NCBI GenBank assembly: GCA_030054145.1 | Contig: JASGCK010000011.1 | Coordinates: forward strand, 3,684 to 67,683 | Direction of reading: 5' to 3' | Length of the DNA: 64,000 nucleotides | Source: Cytophagales bacterium | GTDB taxonomy: Bacteria; Pseudomonadota; Gammaproteobacteria; Burkholderiales; Burkholderiaceae_C | In this document: positions 61,893-64,000 of the stretch, in pieces | Numbering within the stretch: position 1 is the stretch's first letter | How the letters are laid out: every line of letters begins with the position of its first letter | The notes under the pieces: model-generated | What the model saw: only the letters and a program-made list of their open reading frames with translations | What the model was told of the DNA's origin: nothing | Database searches by the model: none | Position numbers and translations under genes: made by a program

Positions 61893-63083
61893 ATGCTGAT
61901 TGATTTCTTCTACGCCCTACGCGCCGCCAAACTTCCCGTCTCTGTTAAAGAGCATCTCTCTTTGCTGGAGGCTTTGCAGTCCAATGTGATTGGGCCGCGC
62001 TCGGATGATGCGGCTTCGATGGATGATTTTTATTACCTCTCGCGGGCAACGCTTATCAAGGACGAAAAGCACTACGACAAGTTTGATCGTGCTTTTGCGC
62101 AGTATTTCAAAGGCGTGGAGTCCGTCGCTGATTTCAATAAAGAGATTCCTGCTGAGTGGTTGCGTAAAAATTTGGAGTCCATGCTCTCTGCTGAAGAAGC
62201 CGCCAAGCTCAAAGCGATGGGCTGGGACGAGTTGATGGAGACGCTCAAAAAGCGTTTGGAAGAGCAAAAAGAGCGGCACGAAGGCGGCTCTAAATGGATT
62301 GGTACGGGCGGCACGTCGCCGTTTGGTGCGTATGGACAAAACCCAGCGGGCATTCGGATTGGGCAAGCGGGCAGCCGCAACAAAAGCGCTGTCAAAGTGT
62401 GGGATCAACGCGCTTACAAGGACTACGACGATACGCAGGAATTGGGCACGCGAAACATCAAAATCGCGCTGCGGCGCTTGCGCAAGTTCGCCCGCGAAGG
62501 GCATGAGGACGAATTAGATCTCGATGCAACCATCACCAAAACGGCGGCTAACGCGGGCTTTTTAGACATCAAGATGCGCCCCGAGCGGCACAACAACGTG
62601 AAGGTGCTGATCTTGATGGACGTAGGCGGCACGATGGACGAGCACATCCAGCGCGTAGAAGAAATGTTCTCTGCCGCGAAGGCCGAATTCAAGCACATGG
62701 AGTTTTATTATTTCCACAACTGCGTGTACGACTTCATGTGGAAAAACAACCGCCGCCGCTACGCTGAAAAGTTTGAAACGTGGGACATTTTGCGCAAGTA
62801 CAACAAGGACTACAAGCTCATCTTTATTGGCGACGCGACCATGAGTCCTTACGAGATTGTGCAACCAGGCGGCAGCGTGGAGTACAACAACGCTGAGGCA
62901 GGCGCGGAGTGGCTTGCGCGGCTCATCAATCAGTTTCCTAAGCACGCTTGGATTAACCCCGAGCCGCAAGGCGTGTGGCAATACCGCCAAAGCATTGCGA
63001 TCATCCAGCAAATTGTGGGCAACAAGATGTATCCGATGACGCTCAAGGGCTTGGAAGAAGCCATGCGGCAGTTGACGAAATGA
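61893..63083 (+). CDS. VWA-domain protein (CoxE-like, COG3552-type)
   Basis: 396 aa. The N-terminal 'LIDFFYALRAAKLPVSVKEHLSLLEAL' is typical of CoxE-like proteins. MIDAS-like 'VLILMDVGGTMDE' in the C-terminal half. Confidence 0.78.
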   Translation: MLIDFFYALRAAKLPVSVKEHLSLLEALQSNVIGPRSDDAASMDDFYYLSRATLIKDEKHYDKFDRAFAQYFKGVESVADFNKEIPAEWLRKNLESMLSAEEAAKLKAMGWDELMETLKKRLEEQKERHEGGSKWIGTGGTSPFGAYGQNPAGIRIGQAGSRNKSAVKVWDQRAYKDYDDTQELGTRNIKIALRRLRKFAREGHEDELDLDATITKTAANAGFLDIKMRPERHNNVKVLILMDVGGTMDEHIQRVEEMFSAAKAEFKHMEFYYFHNCVYDFMWKNNRRRYAEKFETWDILRKYNKDYKLIFIGDATMSPYEIVQPGGSVEYNNAEAGAEWLARLINQFPKHAWINPEPQGVWQYRQSIAIIQQIVGNKMYPMTLKGLEEAMRQLTK

Positions 63084-64000
63084 GTCATTCTTCGGCGCAT
63101 TTAGACCCTAGAGACTTTTTAAAAAACCTCTACCAAGCCGCCGTGCGCCGCGCCCAGCCCTCGCACGTGATGGCGAACTTCATGCCAACACCGCCAAAAG
63201 GACGAACGGTGGTGGTGGGCGCTGGCAAGGCGGCAGGTGCGATGGCGCTGGCATTTGAAGAGCTGTGGCTTATTCGGTACCCCGATGCTGCGATGCGCGG
63301 TTTAGTGGTGACACGCTACGGACATACGCCGCCTGTGTCGCCCGCCTTGCAAGCCTTGCGGGATAAGGCTTCTAGCGGTTCTGAATCAATAAAAATTATC
63401 GAGGCCGCGCATCCTGTGCCTGACGCTGCGGGGTTGGCGGCAGCCGAGCAAATTTTGCAATCGGTACAAGGTTTGACGCAGGACGATTTGGTGGTGTGCT
63501 TGATCTCGGGTGGCGGGTCTTCACTACTCACGTTGCCTTGCGAGGGTCTCAGTTTCCCTGAAAAGCAAGCGATCAACCAAGCGCTTTTGATGAGCGGCGC
63601 AAACATCGGCGAGATGAACTGCGTGCGCAAACATCTCTCACGCATCAAGGGCGGACGGCTGGCGGCTGCGTGCGGCGCGGCGCGACTGGTGACGCTGGCG
63701 ATCAGCGATGTGCCAGGTGATGATGTGTCCGTGATTGCCAGCGGTCCTACGGTGCTAGACGAGACAACTTGCGCCGATGCGCTCGCCATCCTTACGAAAT
63801 ATGCGATTGCTCTGCCAGCCAATATCCACGCGGCTTTGCAGGCAGGCGGGCTGGAAACGCCCAAGGGTATTGGCTTGCAAGGCAAGGGCGCAAATCAAGT
63901 GCAGCTGATTGCCACGCCGCAGCAATCGCTAGAAGCCGCAGCCGATGCAGCGCGGGCGCTGGGCATCACGCCCTACATCTTGTCGGATGAAATCGAGGGC
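63080..64000 (+). CDS. glycerate 2-kinase / hydroxypyruvate reductase family protein (DUF4147+MOFRL), 5' partial in window
   Basis: Absent from the ORF track because it runs off the window. The ATG overlaps the VWA stop (ATGA). The frame stays open for 307 codons, with 'VVVGAGKAAGAMA', 'EAAHPVPD', 'LISGGGSSLL' and 'CVRKHLSRIKGGRLA'. Confidence 0.85.
   Translation, partial: MSHSSAHLDPRDFLKNLYQAAVRRAQPSHVMANFMPTPPKGRTVVVGAGKAAGAMALAFEELWLIRYPDAAMRGLVVTRYGHTPPVSPALQALRDKASSGSESIKIIEAAHPVPDAAGLAAAEQILQSVQGLTQDDLVVCLISGGGSSLLTLPCEGLSFPEKQAINQALLMSGANIGEMNCVRKHLSRIKGGRLAAACGAARLVTLAISDVPGDDVSVIASGPTVLDETTCADALAILTKYAIALPANIHAALQAGGLETPKGIGLQGKGANQVQLIATPQQSLEAAADAARALGITPYILSDEIEG

Overview
This 64-kb window looks like a betaproteobacterial chromosome, probably Burkholderiales and Comamonadaceae-like. 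That assignment is inferred from gene order and protein motifs, not from any search. No rRNA, tRNA or CRISPR array is visible. About 75% is conserved housekeeping. On the + strand: MFS transporter, gyrA, pheA, tyrA, a fused aroA-cmk, rpsA, ihfB, lapB, MFS transporter, hldA, hldD, a ComEA-like gene, yaaA and queF. On the - strand: gph-ubiG, an ompA-like gene, mlaFEDACB, gltD, gltB, aroB and aroK. Further along: an ABC trio, leuB, dedA, an amidohydrolase plus BMP-type nucleoside ABC operon, DUF3025, pyrC, a VWA gene and a partial glycerate kinase. Five parts are accessory or unusual. (1) A 13.6-kb, 12-gene, translationally coupled type IV filament cluster (34427-48034, - strand). It has two tandem large pilins, a lipoprotein secretin, a TPR protein, a GspE-type ATPase, a GspF-type platform, three proteins I cannot place in a family, a 514-aa GspK/PilX-like protein and two more prepilins. 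It sits where pilMNOPQ normally precedes aroK-aroB and is my best candidate for an undescribed system. (2) A 3.1-kb islet wedged between gltB and gltD. It carries a Phd-type antitoxin with VapC, an LprI-like gene, a zinc-finger antitoxin sharing the Phd-type antitoxin's C-terminal tail next to a 44-codon vapC remnant, a cupin and a DUF1016 nuclease. (3) A REP-associated tyrosine transposase with five copies of its REP. (4) A second REP family at four junctions across a 7-kb stretch, which supplies stop codons and C-terminal residues to flanking genes. (5) A 21-bp in-frame tandem repeat that gives an ABC ATPase a (PVIPATT)n tail. All product calls rest on motif recognition by eye; no database search was run.
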